Assembly: GCA_022646745.1 (NCBI GenBank)
Contig: CP060262.1
Span: forward strand, 2,580,001-2,612,000
DNA length: 32,000 nt
Direction: 5' to 3'
Origin: Planctomycetales bacterium
GTDB taxonomy: Bacteria; 4484-113; JAFGCY01
This document shows positions 1-12,856 of this stretch, one piece after another (the stretch's first letter is position 1; the number at the start of each line of letters is the position of its first letter). Position numbers and translations under genes: made by a program. The notes below the pieces were generated by a model, which was given only the letters and a program-made list of their open reading frames with translations, ran no database searches and had not been told where the DNA came from.

Positions 1-291
1 GGGCACGCCTTCCACGTGCTCATTACCGACCACGCTGCCGAGGACCAGCAGGTTCACGATGCCCGCCAGCAGGCCGCTCATCAGGCCACCGGCGGCCCCG
101 CGACCGCTGTAGCGGCCACTGGCCCAGCCGCCGGCCAGCAGGATGCCGATCATGATGAAGAACACGACGGCGGAATGTATGCCGGGCAGCAGGCGGGAGA
201 TGTAGCCGCTGGCCCACATCGCCACCACCATTGCAAAGCCGATTGCCAGGATGTCTGAACGGCCCTGCGAACTCCGTTTCACTTCTGCCAT
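1..291 (-). CDS. Membrane protein of unknown function; only the N-terminal 97 aa are in the window (ORF runs off the left edge)
   Basis: Absent from the ORF track because it has no in-window stop. Minus-strand ATG at 291-289 is preceded by GGAGGAAAGC (rc of 292-301). Translation MAEVKRSSQGRSDILAIGFAMVVAMWASGYISRLLPGIHSAVVFFIMIGILLAGGW... is hydrophobic and Gly-rich with strong GC3 bias, unlike the listed 16..258(+) and 23..454(-) frames. Confidence 0.6.
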   Translation of the reverse strand, partial: MAEVKRSSQGRSDILAIGFAMVVAMWASGYISRLLPGIHSAVVFFIMIGILLAGGWASGRYSGRGAAGGLMSGLLAGIVNLLVLGSVVGNEHVEGVP

Positions 292-469
292 GCTTTCCTC
301 CAATCTGGACAGCAAGCATTATCCCACCGGACCGCAGCACTGGCCAGCATGCGGCGGCCGCAGTATTGTGCGGTAAAATAGCCCGGCCACAGGCCTGCCC
401 GGAAGTCCGCTCAGGCCGCATCAGTGCAAGCTTCAGCCTGCAGGGCTGGAGCACCCGGAAGTCTGATCA

Positions 470-1414
470 ATGCCACGAGAATCCATCAAGGGGCTGTTCA
501 AGCTGGTTAAGTTCAACCTTAACCTGCTTGTGGTCATCACGACGCTGGTCGGCTTCCTGATCGCCTGCCGCGGGATGGTGCAATACCCGCTGCTCTGGTG
601 GACCGTGGGCGGCACGCTGCTGGCGGCCTGCGGTAGCGCAGCGCTGAACCAGTACATGGAGCGCCACCGCGACGCGAAGATGGTGCGCACCCGCAAGCGC
701 CCGATCCCCAGTGGCCTGTTCAGTCCGGAGGCTGCACTCGCGATCGGACTGCTGACGGGGCTGAGCGGAGTGGTGATGCTGGCGATCATGGTCAACTGGC
801 TGACCGCCTTCCTCGCGCTGCTGACCCAGCTGATCTACCTGCTGTGGTACACCCCGATGAAGATCCGCAACCCGCTGAACACGTTGGTGGGCGGCATCTG
901 CGGGGCGATCCCGCCGATGATGGGATTCAGTGCAGTCTACGGCTACCTGCCGCTCGGAGCCTGGCTGCTGGCGGCATTTCTGTTCGTCTGGCAGATCCCG
1001 CACTTCCTCGCCCTGAGCTGGATGTACCGCGAGGATTACAAGCACGGCGGCTACCAGATGCTCCCGGCCCAGGATCCGACGGCACGCTTCACTTTCCCGA
1101 TCATGCTCTACTACAGCCTGATCCTTCTGCCGATCGGCCTAAGCCTTACTGTCTTCGGCTACAGCGGCTGGTGGTACGGATATGGCTCGCTTCTGCTGGG
1201 AGCTGCTCTGGTCTACCTCGGATACAAGCTGGTGCGCGGCAAGCAGTACATGGACGCGCGCCGCTTGTTCTTCGCCACGGTGATCTACCTGCCGCTTATG
1301 CTGCTGCTGATGGTGCTGGACATCCAGCCCCATGGCCAGTCCGGCAATTTCCCGCCGGACACTGCTAGCATAAGTGGGGAAGCAGGTAGCAGCCCGGCGA
1401 CTGATCAGTACTGA
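470..1414 (+). CDS. ctaB: Protoheme IX farnesyltransferase (heme O synthase), UbiA/COX10 family
   Basis: ATG at 470; 314-aa polytopic membrane protein. Carries the COX10/CtaB-type motif NQYMERHRDAKMVRTRKRPIPSG (N-x3-E-x3-D-x2-M-x-RT-x2-RP). Lies next to the oxidase cluster. Confidence 0.93.
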   Translation: MPRESIKGLFKLVKFNLNLLVVITTLVGFLIACRGMVQYPLLWWTVGGTLLAACGSAALNQYMERHRDAKMVRTRKRPIPSGLFSPEAALAIGLLTGLSGVVMLAIMVNWLTAFLALLTQLIYLLWYTPMKIRNPLNTLVGGICGAIPPMMGFSAVYGYLPLGAWLLAAFLFVWQIPHFLALSWMYREDYKHGGYQMLPAQDPTARFTFPIMLYYSLILLPIGLSLTVFGYSGWWYGYGSLLLGAALVYLGYKLVRGKQYMDARRLFFATVIYLPLMLLLMVLDIQPHGQSGNFPPDTASISGEAGSSPATDQY

Positions 1415-1452
1415 GCCGGAGCTGACAACGCAACGGGCAGGTAACCCAAGGG

Positions 1453-2532
1453 ATGAGCAAGCGAAGGGCAGATAACGGAAGCAGGCAGCTGGCCGTGCGC
1501 CTGGCGGGCTTCACGGCAATTGCCATCCTTCTCCTACTCCTGCTGTCAATGCGCCTGCCGGAACCCGTCTCCTTCAAGCTAAGCCAGGCAAGCCGCATGA
1601 ACGGCTTTTCACTGGCTGATCTGCTGGTGCCTCGTGAGCATATCCAGTCCCAGGAATTGACGCGGGACGAAATCGTACCGCTGGACATGCCTGAGGTCGT
1701 GGATGCCGAGGGCCTGGCGGAATTTAACTTCGACCGGCAGGCAGCCGGGCACTCTGAATTCCTCGATGGCCCGGACCGCATAGTCGGGCTTGAGCTCAAC
1801 GGTGAGAGCCGGGCCTACCCCGTTTCACTGCTTGCCATCCACCAGGTTGTCAATGACGAGCTGGGTGGTGTCCCGCTACTGGTCAGCTACTGCCCATGGT
1901 GCGATGCCGTGCTGGTATTCGACCGCCGGGTCGGGGAGGACGCCCTGATGTTTGCCGCCAGTGGACTGCTGTACAGCTCGAACATGCTGATGTATGACCG
2001 CACGGAGCGCCGCGGGCAGGAAAGCCTGTGGTGCCAGCTGCAGGGCCGGGCGGTCAGCGGGCCGCAGGCCGTGGCTGGCGCGACGCTCAGCATGCTGCCG
2101 GCGGAACTGCTCAACTGGGCCGGCTGGCTGGCAATCCACCCGGACACTGGGGTGGCAGTGGAGCGCGATGCCAAGCAGGGCCCGCTGGAAGTTGATTTCG
2201 ACGCATACTACCTTGAAGCCAAGCTGCGCTACCCGGCCTGGCCCCAGCTGCCTGGCAGCAGCCCGCTGCATGCCTTTGAGCGTGTGGTCGCTGTTGGCAA
2301 CGACGACAGCTGGACGGTGTACCCGCTGCGCCAGCTTGAACGGGAACTCGGCAGCGGCAGCTGGCAGGAGATGAATGGCGCCGTTTTCTCCCTGTGCGGG
2401 CCTGCGGAGCAGATTCCGGCAGCCGTGCGCGTAGTGCCGGCGGATGGGGCGGATGTGCGCATCGCCTATTCGCTGTGGTTCGCCTGGTATGCGATGCATC
2501 CTGAGAGCGAGATCTTCCCCGTGCTGGAATGA
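1453..2532 (+). CDS. Membrane-anchored DUF3179-family protein (copy 1, CPWC variant)
   Basis: 359 aa with an N-terminal TM anchor (LAGFTAIAILLLLLLSM). Shows motifs I associate with Pfam DUF3179: SYCPWCDAVLVFDR, ASGLLYSSNMLMYDR, SLWCQ and C-terminal WFAWYAMHPES. Starts 39 nt after ctaB on the same strand. Confidence 0.82.
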   Translation: MSKRRADNGSRQLAVRLAGFTAIAILLLLLLSMRLPEPVSFKLSQASRMNGFSLADLLVPREHIQSQELTRDEIVPLDMPEVVDAEGLAEFNFDRQAAGHSEFLDGPDRIVGLELNGESRAYPVSLLAIHQVVNDELGGVPLLVSYCPWCDAVLVFDRRVGEDALMFAASGLLYSSNMLMYDRTERRGQESLWCQLQGRAVSGPQAVAGATLSMLPAELLNWAGWLAIHPDTGVAVERDAKQGPLEVDFDAYYLEAKLRYPAWPQLPGSSPLHAFERVVAVGNDDSWTVYPLRQLERELGSGSWQEMNGAVFSLCGPAEQIPAAVRVVPADGADVRIAYSLWFAWYAMHPESEIFPVLE

Positions 2533-2579
2533 GGCCGGGCCTGCATCCGGTGGGATAATTGGGCGTCAGGGATGGACGC

Positions 2580-3695
2580 ATGAGCACTGAACAGGACAAC
2601 TCCGGCACTTCACCCGAACAGGGCAGGACGCTTGAGGTCGGCGGCCTGTGGTGGCTGTGGCTGCTGGTCATCGTGGCAATGCTGGCGATGCTTATCCGGA
2701 TCCTTCTGCCTGTCGCCCAGCAGGGCCTTGGCAGCGACCCCGCTCAGGTGCTGAGCCTGGACGACTATGGTTACGACACTGCAAACCAGCTGCCTGGCAG
2801 CGGGGTGCTGACCCCATCCGGGCTGAAGCGGGACCAGATCCGCGCCCTGAGTGCACCACCGGTGGTGGCAGGCAGTGAAGTGCCCGCCATCAACAAGCAG
2901 GAGCGGCGCTTGTACCATCGCAAGTTCATCGTCAGCGGCGACAGGGTGGTCGGTGTCAGCCTCAATGGCGAGGAACGGGCCTACCAGATCAACATCCTCA
3001 ATTACCATGAGATCGTCAACGACGAACTGGGCGGTGTGCCGATCGCGATTGTCTACAGCCCGCTGTGCGATGCCGCGACCGTGTTCCGCCGCGATGTGAG
3101 TGGCAACACACTTGAGTTCGGCAGCAGCGGCCTGCTGATCAACTCGAACATCGTGATGTATGACCGGCAGGACAGCCCCAGCCAGAGCAGCCTGTGGAGC
3201 CAGCTCCAGTTGCGGTCCGTGGCCGGGCCAAAGGCCGGTACGGATCTGCAGCTGGTTCCAAGTGCGCTGACACACTGGGGGGACTGGGTTGCGGCGCATC
3301 CGCAGACGACACTGATGGCACGCGAAACCGGCGAGCCCCGTGACTACAACACGAACCCCTACCTGCGTTACTTCGAAATGGGTGAGCTGCGATTCCCGGT
3401 GGAGCCCTTGCCGCCCGCTGGTGGCATGGCATTGATGGACCGGGTGATTGCCATCCGTTCAGGGGACGGCTGGAATGTGTATTCGTTTGACAACGTAAAG
3501 GAAAAGGCCGGTGAGAGCGGCGCGTTTGGCTGGCAGGGCATGCAGTTCAGCTACATTCCCTACAGCAACACGCTTGATCCTCCGGGAGTAGTAGTAACAG
3601 ATGATGCTGGCAACTATCTGGATTCCATCAGCACTTTCTGGTTCGCGTGGTATGCAATGCACCCGGACAGCGTAATCAGCAGCCTGGGAGACTGA
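2580..3695 (+). CDS. Membrane-anchored DUF3179-family protein (copy 2, SPLC variant)
   Basis: Paralogue of the upstream gene: YSPLCDAATVFRR, SSGLLINSNIVMYDR, SLWSQ, FWFAWYAMHPDS. TM anchor is LWWLWLLVIVAMLAMLIRILL. The track start at 2559 is a TTG; I prefer ATG 2580 (AGGGA about 9 nt upstream). Confidence 0.8.
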   Translation: MSTEQDNSGTSPEQGRTLEVGGLWWLWLLVIVAMLAMLIRILLPVAQQGLGSDPAQVLSLDDYGYDTANQLPGSGVLTPSGLKRDQIRALSAPPVVAGSEVPAINKQERRLYHRKFIVSGDRVVGVSLNGEERAYQINILNYHEIVNDELGGVPIAIVYSPLCDAATVFRRDVSGNTLEFGSSGLLINSNIVMYDRQDSPSQSSLWSQLQLRSVAGPKAGTDLQLVPSALTHWGDWVAAHPQTTLMARETGEPRDYNTNPYLRYFEMGELRFPVEPLPPAGGMALMDRVIAIRSGDGWNVYSFDNVKEKAGESGAFGWQGMQFSYIPYSNTLDPPGVVVTDDAGNYLDSISTFWFAWYAMHPDSVISSLGD

Positions 3696-4286
3696 TCAGT
3701 TCAGGAAACGGGCGCTGAGCATCACGACGAACAGCCCGACCCACATCACCGTAAGGAAGTGCCAGTAGATGGTCGTGCTGGTCACGGCCTGGTGGCTTTC
3801 CTCGGAGTAGCAGTCGCGCCTGGCGGCGAGGTAGAGCACCACAAGCGGGATCACGCCACCGAGCAGGTGGGCGGCATGCAGGGCCGTCAGCATGAAGAAG
3901 GTGCCGCTGAACAGGGTATGGGCAGCCTTGAACTCCATGCCTGAAGTGATCACGAGGTAGCTGTACACCTGCAGGATGTAGAACAGCACGGACAGCACGA
4001 AGGTGCCCAGCAGGCCATTCTTCAGGTTGCCAACACTGGCACGGCGGATGCTGTTGAGCGCGTACTGCATCGTGCCTGAGCTCACGAGGATGACGAGTGT
4101 GCTCATGTAAAGTGCGGAAGGGAAGGGGGCGGAATTGGGTGGAAGCCATTCCTGCGAATGCATGTGCCGGATCACGAGGTAGCCGACAATCACGGACAGG
4201 AACCCCATCGTACCGGAAATGACACCGAGGTACATGCCCATGGTCGCAGCGGTCATCGGCAATCTGCTGGGCCGGCTGTCGTCCAT
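3696..4286 (-). CDS. Second cytochrome oxidase subunit III-family protein (CoxP-like)
   Basis: Polytopic membrane protein ending in the subunit III hallmark TTIYWHFLTVMWVGLF, preceded by FFMLTALHAAHLLGG. It is the last gene of the oxidase block. The start is ambiguous: ATG 4286, or TTG 4313 overlapping the upstream stop. Confidence 0.78.
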   Translation of the reverse strand: MDDSRPSRLPMTAATMGMYLGVISGTMGFLSVIVGYLVIRHMHSQEWLPPNSAPFPSALYMSTLVILVSSGTMQYALNSIRRASVGNLKNGLLGTFVLSVLFYILQVYSYLVITSGMEFKAAHTLFSGTFFMLTALHAAHLLGGVIPLVVLYLAARRDCYSEESHQAVTSTTIYWHFLTVMWVGLFVVMLSARFLN

Positions 4287-4309
4287 GTTCAGCTCAGTAT
4301 GGAGCAGGC

Positions 4310-4807
4310 TCAATGGGCCGCGGCTCCGGCATCCTCACTCTCCGCTGCCGGTTGTTCTTCGCCTGCCTCGCTGGTGTGCAGGCTCTTGCCCTGGTGCGCA
4401 TTCTGGTAGGCCTTGCGCGGTTCCTCGTACATCGCCTCCTCGCTGCCGCCCGCTGCGCCAAGCTTGTCAGCCTCGTAGGGGAGGATGTCGCGACGGTAGG
4501 TGGCCGTATCAAGAGAGGCAAAGCCGAAGAACACGGCAACAAACAGGATGCCAGCCAGGAATATGTAGCCGTTGAATGGGCGGTCATAGCGCAGGTGCAT
4601 GAAGTACAGCGCAACGAGCAGCGCCTTGACGGTGGCAATGCCCATCGCGATCATCATGCCGCTGGCTCCGGGCAGCTTTCCGGAAAGGGCCACGGTCAGG
4701 ATCGTGAGGGCGACTAGTGCACCAAAGACCATGAACAGCTGCGGCAGCGGGCTGACGTGCCCGACTGTCGGATGTCCCGGCTCATGATGATGACTCTTGT
4801 TGCTCAT
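4310..4807 (-). CDS. Prokaryotic cytochrome oxidase subunit IV-family protein with a long acidic C-terminal tail
   Basis: Small three-helix membrane core (LFMVFGALVALTILTVALS ... ATVKALLVALYFMHLRYD ... YIFLAGILFVAVFFGFA), typical of the COX4_pro/CyoD-like family. GGAGA lies 8 nt upstream of ATG 4807. About 55 aa of Ala/Glu/Gly-rich tail follow the core. Confidence 0.78.
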   Translation of the reverse strand: MSNKSHHHEPGHPTVGHVSPLPQLFMVFGALVALTILTVALSGKLPGASGMMIAMGIATVKALLVALYFMHLRYDRPFNGYIFLAGILFVAVFFGFASLDTATYRRDILPYEADKLGAAGGSEEAMYEEPRKAYQNAHQGKSLHTSEAGEEQPAAESEDAGAAAH

Positions 4808-4831
4808 ATCAGGTGTCTCCAGTGCTTGCCG

Positions 4832-5716
<885 letters not shown>

Positions 5717-5733
5717 CGTCAATAACTCCTGTG

Positions 5734-7434
<1,701 letters not shown>

Positions 7435-7441
7435 TTCTAAC

Positions 7442-8626
7442 CTACTCCTGGTTGCCGCTAGCGGCATCACTGGCCGCGTCGCCTGCGGCGGCACTCTCTG
7501 CAGAGTTGCCGTCATCAACGTTCATGGCTTCACCGGACGCTTCCCCACCGGGTTCGGGCGTCTGGCGAAGTGCCTCCTTGACGTCTTCCGGAACGTTGCT
7601 GCTCAGGGTCTTGATGAAGGCAATGATGTCATTGATCTGATCATCCTTGATCTTGCCCTTGAACGTGGGCATCACGCCCTGGAAACCGGAGTGGATCTTG
7701 GCCATCGGGTCAAGGATCGACTCGCGGATGTAGTTCTCGTCCATGTCCACAGTGGCACCACCGTCAACGTTGACCTTGCTGCCGAAGGCATCGACGAAGG
7801 TCGGTCCGGTGATGGTCACCTTGTCCTTGGTGTCATGGCACTGGACACAGCCGAAGATGTTGTAGTAATACTCACCGTTCTCCGCAGGTGAATAGGGTGA
7901 GCGGTCCTTCAGCTTGGTGAGGTATGCCTCGAATTCAGGCTGGCTCTGTACGACCACCTTGTTGAGCATGCTCGAGTGGTCCTTGCCGCAGTACTCGGTG
8001 CAGAAGATGTCATACGTGCCGGCCTTGGTGGCCTTGAACCAGACCTTGGTGTAACGGCCGGGCACCACGTCCTGCTTAACGCGGAACTGAGGAATGTAGA
8101 AGCTGTGCAGCACATCCTTTGATTCCATGATCAGGACGACGTCAGTGTTCTCCGGCACATGCAGGTAAGCCTCGGGAACGGCCTGACCCTGGTCATCGAC
8201 CATCTTTCCGCCACTGCGGCCGCCATTCGGGTAGACGAAGCTCCACGTCCACTGCTGCGCCTCAACGCGGATCTGGTATGCGTTGGCAGGCGGGGAGGTC
8301 AGGTGCATGTAGCCCTTGAACCCGTACCAGAATATGACGATGACAAGTGCGAGGGGAATCAGGATCCAGGACAACTCCATCGGGAGGTTGTGATGCGGTG
8401 TGTGCTCGGCCTTGGGATGGATGCCCTTGTGGTACTTCACGACGAACCAGAAGGTCAGTCCCATCAGCAGCACGAAGAAGAACACCATGATCCAGTAGAT
8501 GATGTAGAACGAAAGGTCCACACCACCAGCTGCAGTTGATGCCTGTTCCGGCAGCCAGAAGGTCTGGCCCCGGCCCTCCTGGAGGGCTAGGTGCAGGCTG
8601 CTAGCTGTTGCGGTTGCAAAGTTCAT
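7442..8626 (-). CDS. ctaC: Cytochrome c oxidase subunit II fused to a C-terminal monoheme cytochrome c domain (caa3-type)
   Basis: Two N-terminal TM helices. CuA site is HSFYIPQF...[13 protein letters not shown], followed by CVQCHD (CxxCH) with a downstream Met region. GAGGA lies 9 nt upstream of ATG 8626. Confidence 0.94.
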   Translation of the reverse strand: MNFATATASSLHLALQEGRGQTFWLPEQASTAAGGVDLSFYIIYWIMVFFFVLLMGLTFWFVVKYHKGIHPKAEHTPHHNLPMELSWILIPLALVIVIFWYGFKGYMHLTSPPANAYQIRVEAQQWTWSFVYPNGGRSGGKMVDDQGQAVPEAYLHVPENTDVVLIMESKDVLHSFYIPQFRVKQDVVPGRYTKVWFKATKAGTYDIFCTEYCGKDHSSMLNKVVVQSQPEFEAYLTKLKDRSPYSPAENGEYYYNIFGCVQCHDTKDKVTITGPTFVDAFGSKVNVDGGATVDMDENYIRESILDPMAKIHSGFQGVMPTFKGKIKDDQINDIIAFIKTLSSNVPEDVKEALRQTPEPGGEASGEAMNVDDGNSAESAAAGDAASDAASGNQE

Positions 8627-8640
8627 TGAATTTTCCTCGT

Positions 8641-9504
8641 CTACGAGGTCCCCTCAACAGGACCATTGTTCCTAGGTTTGCGCTTGATGCGCTCGGCCGC
8701 CCAGTACCCTCCAAGGAAGACCAGGAAGGCCATGGCGAAAAGTGTCAGGAAAACGCGGCTGATGTTCCACGCCTGTGCGGCGTAGGAACCTGCTTCCGCG
8801 TCGTAATGGAAGCAGTAAAGGAAAACCTTGTCTACGGTGGTTCCGATCCGGCCCTCTGAAGCCTCAATGATCGAATACTTGAGGGTGGCCGGCTTGAAGG
8901 CGACGCCGTATAGGTAGCGTGCCATCCGCCCATCCGGGGTCAGCACAAATGCCGCAGCCTGGTGGCTGTACTCATTGCGCTCCTCGATGTACTCGTATCC
9001 AAATCCGATGGCCTGGCACAGCGGGGTGATCGACTCGTCATCCCCCGTCAGGATGTGCCATTCGGCGGCTCCGGCAGGCATGCCGTAGCGGCCGATGTAG
9101 TTGTCCATCTTGGCGCGGGCCATATCCGGCGTCTCACCATCAACGAAGCTGATGGTCAGCATGTTGTACTGGTTCTCACCCATCTCAGCCTGTGACAGGG
9201 CGTCGAACGTGCCGTTCACCACGAGGGTGCAAAGCATCGGGCAGTTCAGGTAGACCATGTTGACCAGCACCGGCTTCTCTTCATTGAAGTAGTCGGCCAG
9301 CATGACTTCCTTCCCGTTCTCGTCCCTGAACTTCAGGTCAAGCGGGATGTGCTCATCCAGGTGCTCAACGATTTCAATGTTCTGCACTTCGTCGGGCACC
9401 TTGTCATTGATCTGAGCACGCACAGGCGCGGCCAGCGCAAGGCCGGCTGCCATTGCCAGGATCACCGCCTGGCCTGCCCGTCTGTAGCTATTCTCAATAA
9501 ACAT
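8641..9504 (-). CDS. SCO1/SenC-family copper chaperone / thiol-disulfide protein
   Basis: Signal-like N-terminus MFIENSYRRAGQAVILAMAAGLALAAPVRA. Thioredoxin-fold CxxxC motif VYLNCPMLC, conserved downstream His (EYSHQAAAFVLTPDG) and a C-terminal TM helix. The track N-terminal extension (to 9654) overlaps the upstream gene, so I trimmed it to ATG 9504. Confidence 0.84.
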   Translation of the reverse strand: MFIENSYRRAGQAVILAMAAGLALAAPVRAQINDKVPDEVQNIEIVEHLDEHIPLDLKFRDENGKEVMLADYFNEEKPVLVNMVYLNCPMLCTLVVNGTFDALSQAEMGENQYNMLTISFVDGETPDMARAKMDNYIGRYGMPAGAAEWHILTGDDESITPLCQAIGFGYEYIEERNEYSHQAAAFVLTPDGRMARYLYGVAFKPATLKYSIIEASEGRIGTTVDKVFLYCFHYDAEAGSYAAQAWNISRVFLTLFAMAFLVFLGGYWAAERIKRKPRNNGPVEGTS

Positions 9505-9517
9505 AGGTATCAATACC

Positions 9518-10060
9518 CTAGTGCTGCCCGGATTCAGCTCCCCTGGCCGTGCCAGGTTCCGCAAGCGCCACACCTTCCGGCTCACCTTCGGCAGGTGCGC
9601 AGGGGTTGGCGGCTTCATCGTTTGCGCAGGGATTCTCACCTTCAGCGGCGGCACAGGGATTGGCCGCCGTGGCCGGATTGCCGTTGATCAGCATCGCGGG
9701 CTGCGGCGGATTGCGCTGCAGGTTGATCAGCTCGCGCAGGGCCAGCTTCTTCGCTTCGTCGATTGTCACGCTCACGCGGCCCTGGTCAGCGTCAATCACA
9801 GTGAACTCATTGAGGCGGGCACGCTGGGCCTCACGCGTCGCATTCAGCGTCGCGGCCTCGGAATGGTAGATCTTGATGTCGTTCTCGTGGCTGGCGGTCT
9901 TGCCGAAGATGCCAACGAGCCAGGCAGAGATCGCGATGCAGAAGAAGAAGAATGCGATCGACACTCCCCAGATGGTGGGCATGCCGAGGTCTTCACCGAT
10001 GTCGTGGTTCTCCACATCGTCGTGATCGTGCCCGTCGTGCTTAACCTTGTAATCACTCAT
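9518..10060 (-). CDS. Uncharacterised single-TM protein with a His/Asp-rich N-terminus and C-terminal NPCA nonapeptide repeats
   Basis: ATG 10060 lies 10 nt after the actF stop; the ORF stop lies 13 nt before the sco start. One TM helix (IWGVSIAFFFFCIAISAWLVGIF). Its position inside the operon and its GC3 bias support coding. I recognise no family. Confidence 0.7.
   Translation of the reverse strand: MSDYKVKHDGHDHDDVENHDIGEDLGMPTIWGVSIAFFFFCIAISAWLVGIFGKTASHENDIKIYHSEAATLNATREAQRARLNEFTVIDADQGRVSVTIDEAKKLALRELINLQRNPPQPAMLINGNPATAANPCAAAEGENPCANDEAANPCAPAEGEPEGVALAEPGTARGAESGQH
9581..9661 (-). repeat. 3 x 27-nt in-frame tandem repeat encoding NPCAAAEGE / NPCANDEAA / NPCAPAEGE
   Basis: On the + strand, GC(A/G)CAGGG(A/G)TT recurs with 27-nt phase. 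The Cys residues fall at positions 136, 145 and 154 of the 180-aa protein, exactly 9 residues apart. Confidence 0.8.
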
Positions 10061-10070
10061 TGCTTTCGAC

Positions 10071-11354
<1,284 letters not shown>

Positions 11355-11358
11355 GGCG

Positions 11359-12252
11359 CTAACCGTTGCCTCCATCTGCTTCTGCCTGATTTGCCGTATC
11401 CGGCTGTGCATCGCCTGCAGGTGCATCACCCTCAGCCGCAGTTCCTTCGGCAGCATCGCCACCGTCAGCTGCGGTGTCAGGTGCAGCCTGCTCTACCGGC
11501 GGAGCAGCGCTGCGGTTGGCCTCAATCTGCTTGATGAGGTTATCGCGATGCTCCTGGTCCACGTCCGTCACCGGGGTCCACTGGCTGGCCTGCAGCGTAC
11601 GAATGTACGCCACGATGGCCCAGCGGTCCTCCACCGGAATCTGTGACTTGTAGGAAGGCATCGTGCGGATGCCGTTAGTGATCGTGTTGAAGATGTGGCC
11701 GACCGGGCGGTTGCGCAGCTCATCACTGTGGTAAGAGAGCGGCGTGACCCATGACATACCGCGATGGTTGCCGCTGAGCATCAGCTCGGATGCCCGCTTC
11801 TCAACCATGCCGTCGCCATAGCCGGCTTCGCCGTGGCAGACTGAGCAGTAGATGTTGTAGCGGTCCTGGCCACGGTCGATCAGCGCCTCGCTGATCTGGA
11901 TCTCATCCGGGAAGCTGGTGACGAACTTGTCACCGACGGTTCCGCGGTAGTAGTGGTCATCCTCACGCAGCATCCCGACGGGAATGGTCCCATCCGGCCA
12001 GCTGCGCATCACGCGGCCGTCCGCGAAGTCCGGGTTGTACTGCTGGGGATTCCAGCGGTACTGGTTGTCCATGTCCGGAATGATGGACGGGCGGGGCTGG
12101 CGCCAGTGCAGGTTGCGGTGGGCGTAGACGACGCTCAGCGGAACCAGCGAGAAGTTCGCCAGGATGATCGCCGCCCAGATGTAATTGCGCGGGACGCGGG
12201 ACCAGTTGATGAATGGTTCGACCTTGGGGGCCTGGTGCTTCTTGTCTGCCAT
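11359..12252 (-). CDS. actE: Alternative Complex III monoheme cytochrome c subunit ActE
   Basis: N-terminal TM helix (YIWAAIILANFSLVPLSVVYA), a single CSVCHG heme motif and downstream IRTMPSY (Met ligand region). GGAGGA SD; ATG 12252 lies 1 nt after the actD stop. Has an Ala/Asp/Gly-rich C-terminal tail. Confidence 0.85.
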   Translation of the reverse strand: MADKKHQAPKVEPFINWSRVPRNYIWAAIILANFSLVPLSVVYAHRNLHWRQPRPSIIPDMDNQYRWNPQQYNPDFADGRVMRSWPDGTIPVGMLREDDHYYRGTVGDKFVTSFPDEIQISEALIDRGQDRYNIYCSVCHGEAGYGDGMVEKRASELMLSGNHRGMSWVTPLSYHSDELRNRPVGHIFNTITNGIRTMPSYKSQIPVEDRWAIVAYIRTLQASQWTPVTDVDQEHRDNLIKQIEANRSAAPPVEQAAPDTAADGGDAAEGTAAEGDAPAGDAQPDTANQAEADGGNG

Positions 12253-12253
12253 G

Positions 12254-12856
12254 TCAGTCCTCCAGCACCTCGAGATAGGTTCCCTTCAGCCCCGAGAGCA
12301 TGTCGCGGGTCTTGCCGACATCGAACTTCGGATCCTCGGAGCTGATGCTGATGAAGAACTTGTCATCAGTCACCTGCCCGAAGCGCTCGCTGTACATCGT
12401 GAAGTGGTTGTACTGCGGCAGCCTGTTGACACCGAGCATCCCGAAGAAGGAAGCGAAGGCGGAGAACAGGATCGTCAGCTCGAACATCACGGGGATGTTA
12501 GCCGGGACGCTCCAGAAGGGCTTGCCGGAGATGAAGTACTGGTAGCCGGTCACCACATTGCCCTGGTGCACCACCGCGTTCATCCACCACTGGATGAACA
12601 GGCCGGTCAGCAGGCCGGTGAATCCGCAGGCCAGCACGATCCACTGCACGTGCGAGGGCTTCGCGCCCATCGCGTGGTCCAGGCCATGCACCGGGAACGG
12701 CGTGTGGCAGTCCCAGTTGCTGTAGCCCGCATCACGCACCTTCTCAGCGCCATGCGTCAGGTCGTCAACGTTGTCGAACTCAAGGAGGTAGCCAAGCAGC
12801 TTGCGCCCCTCCGTCGGTTCCTCAATCGTCATTGTCTTTGCCTCTGTCTGGCTCAT
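12254..12856 (-). CDS. actD: Alternative Complex III subunit ActD (DUF3341-type)
   Basis: 200 aa. The N-terminal soluble part ([40 protein letters not shown]) followed by two TM helices matches the ActD/DUF3341 layout. ATGA overlap with the actC stop. Confidence 0.84.
   Translation of the reverse strand: MSQTEAKTMTIEEPTEGRKLLGYLLEFDNVDDLTHGAEKVRDAGYSNWDCHTPFPVHGLDHAMGAKPSHVQWIVLACGFTGLLTGLFIQWWMNAVVHQGNVVTGYQYFISGKPFWSVPANIPVMFELTILFSAFASFFGMLGVNRLPQYNHFTMYSERFGQVTDDKFFISISSEDPKFDVGKTRDMLSGLKGTYLEVLED

Noticed and set aside
4286-4313. TTG start at 4313 overlapping the subunit IV stop, as the start of the second subunit III-like gene
   Set aside because: Not firmly rejected. ATG 4286 is preferred only because ATG is the more common start; neither site has a strong SD. 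N-terminal proteomics or an orthologue alignment is needed to decide.
7435-7518. N-terminal extensions of track ORFs: ctaD to 7518, sco to 9654, actF to 11462, cutA to 19628, pth to 20875, lipoproteins to 22786 and 28153, FmdB to 29622, HD-GYP to 29990
   Set aside because: The extensions overlap upstream genes or lack SD sites. Downstream ATGs have SD sequences and give canonical N-termini such as signal peptides or conserved first motifs.
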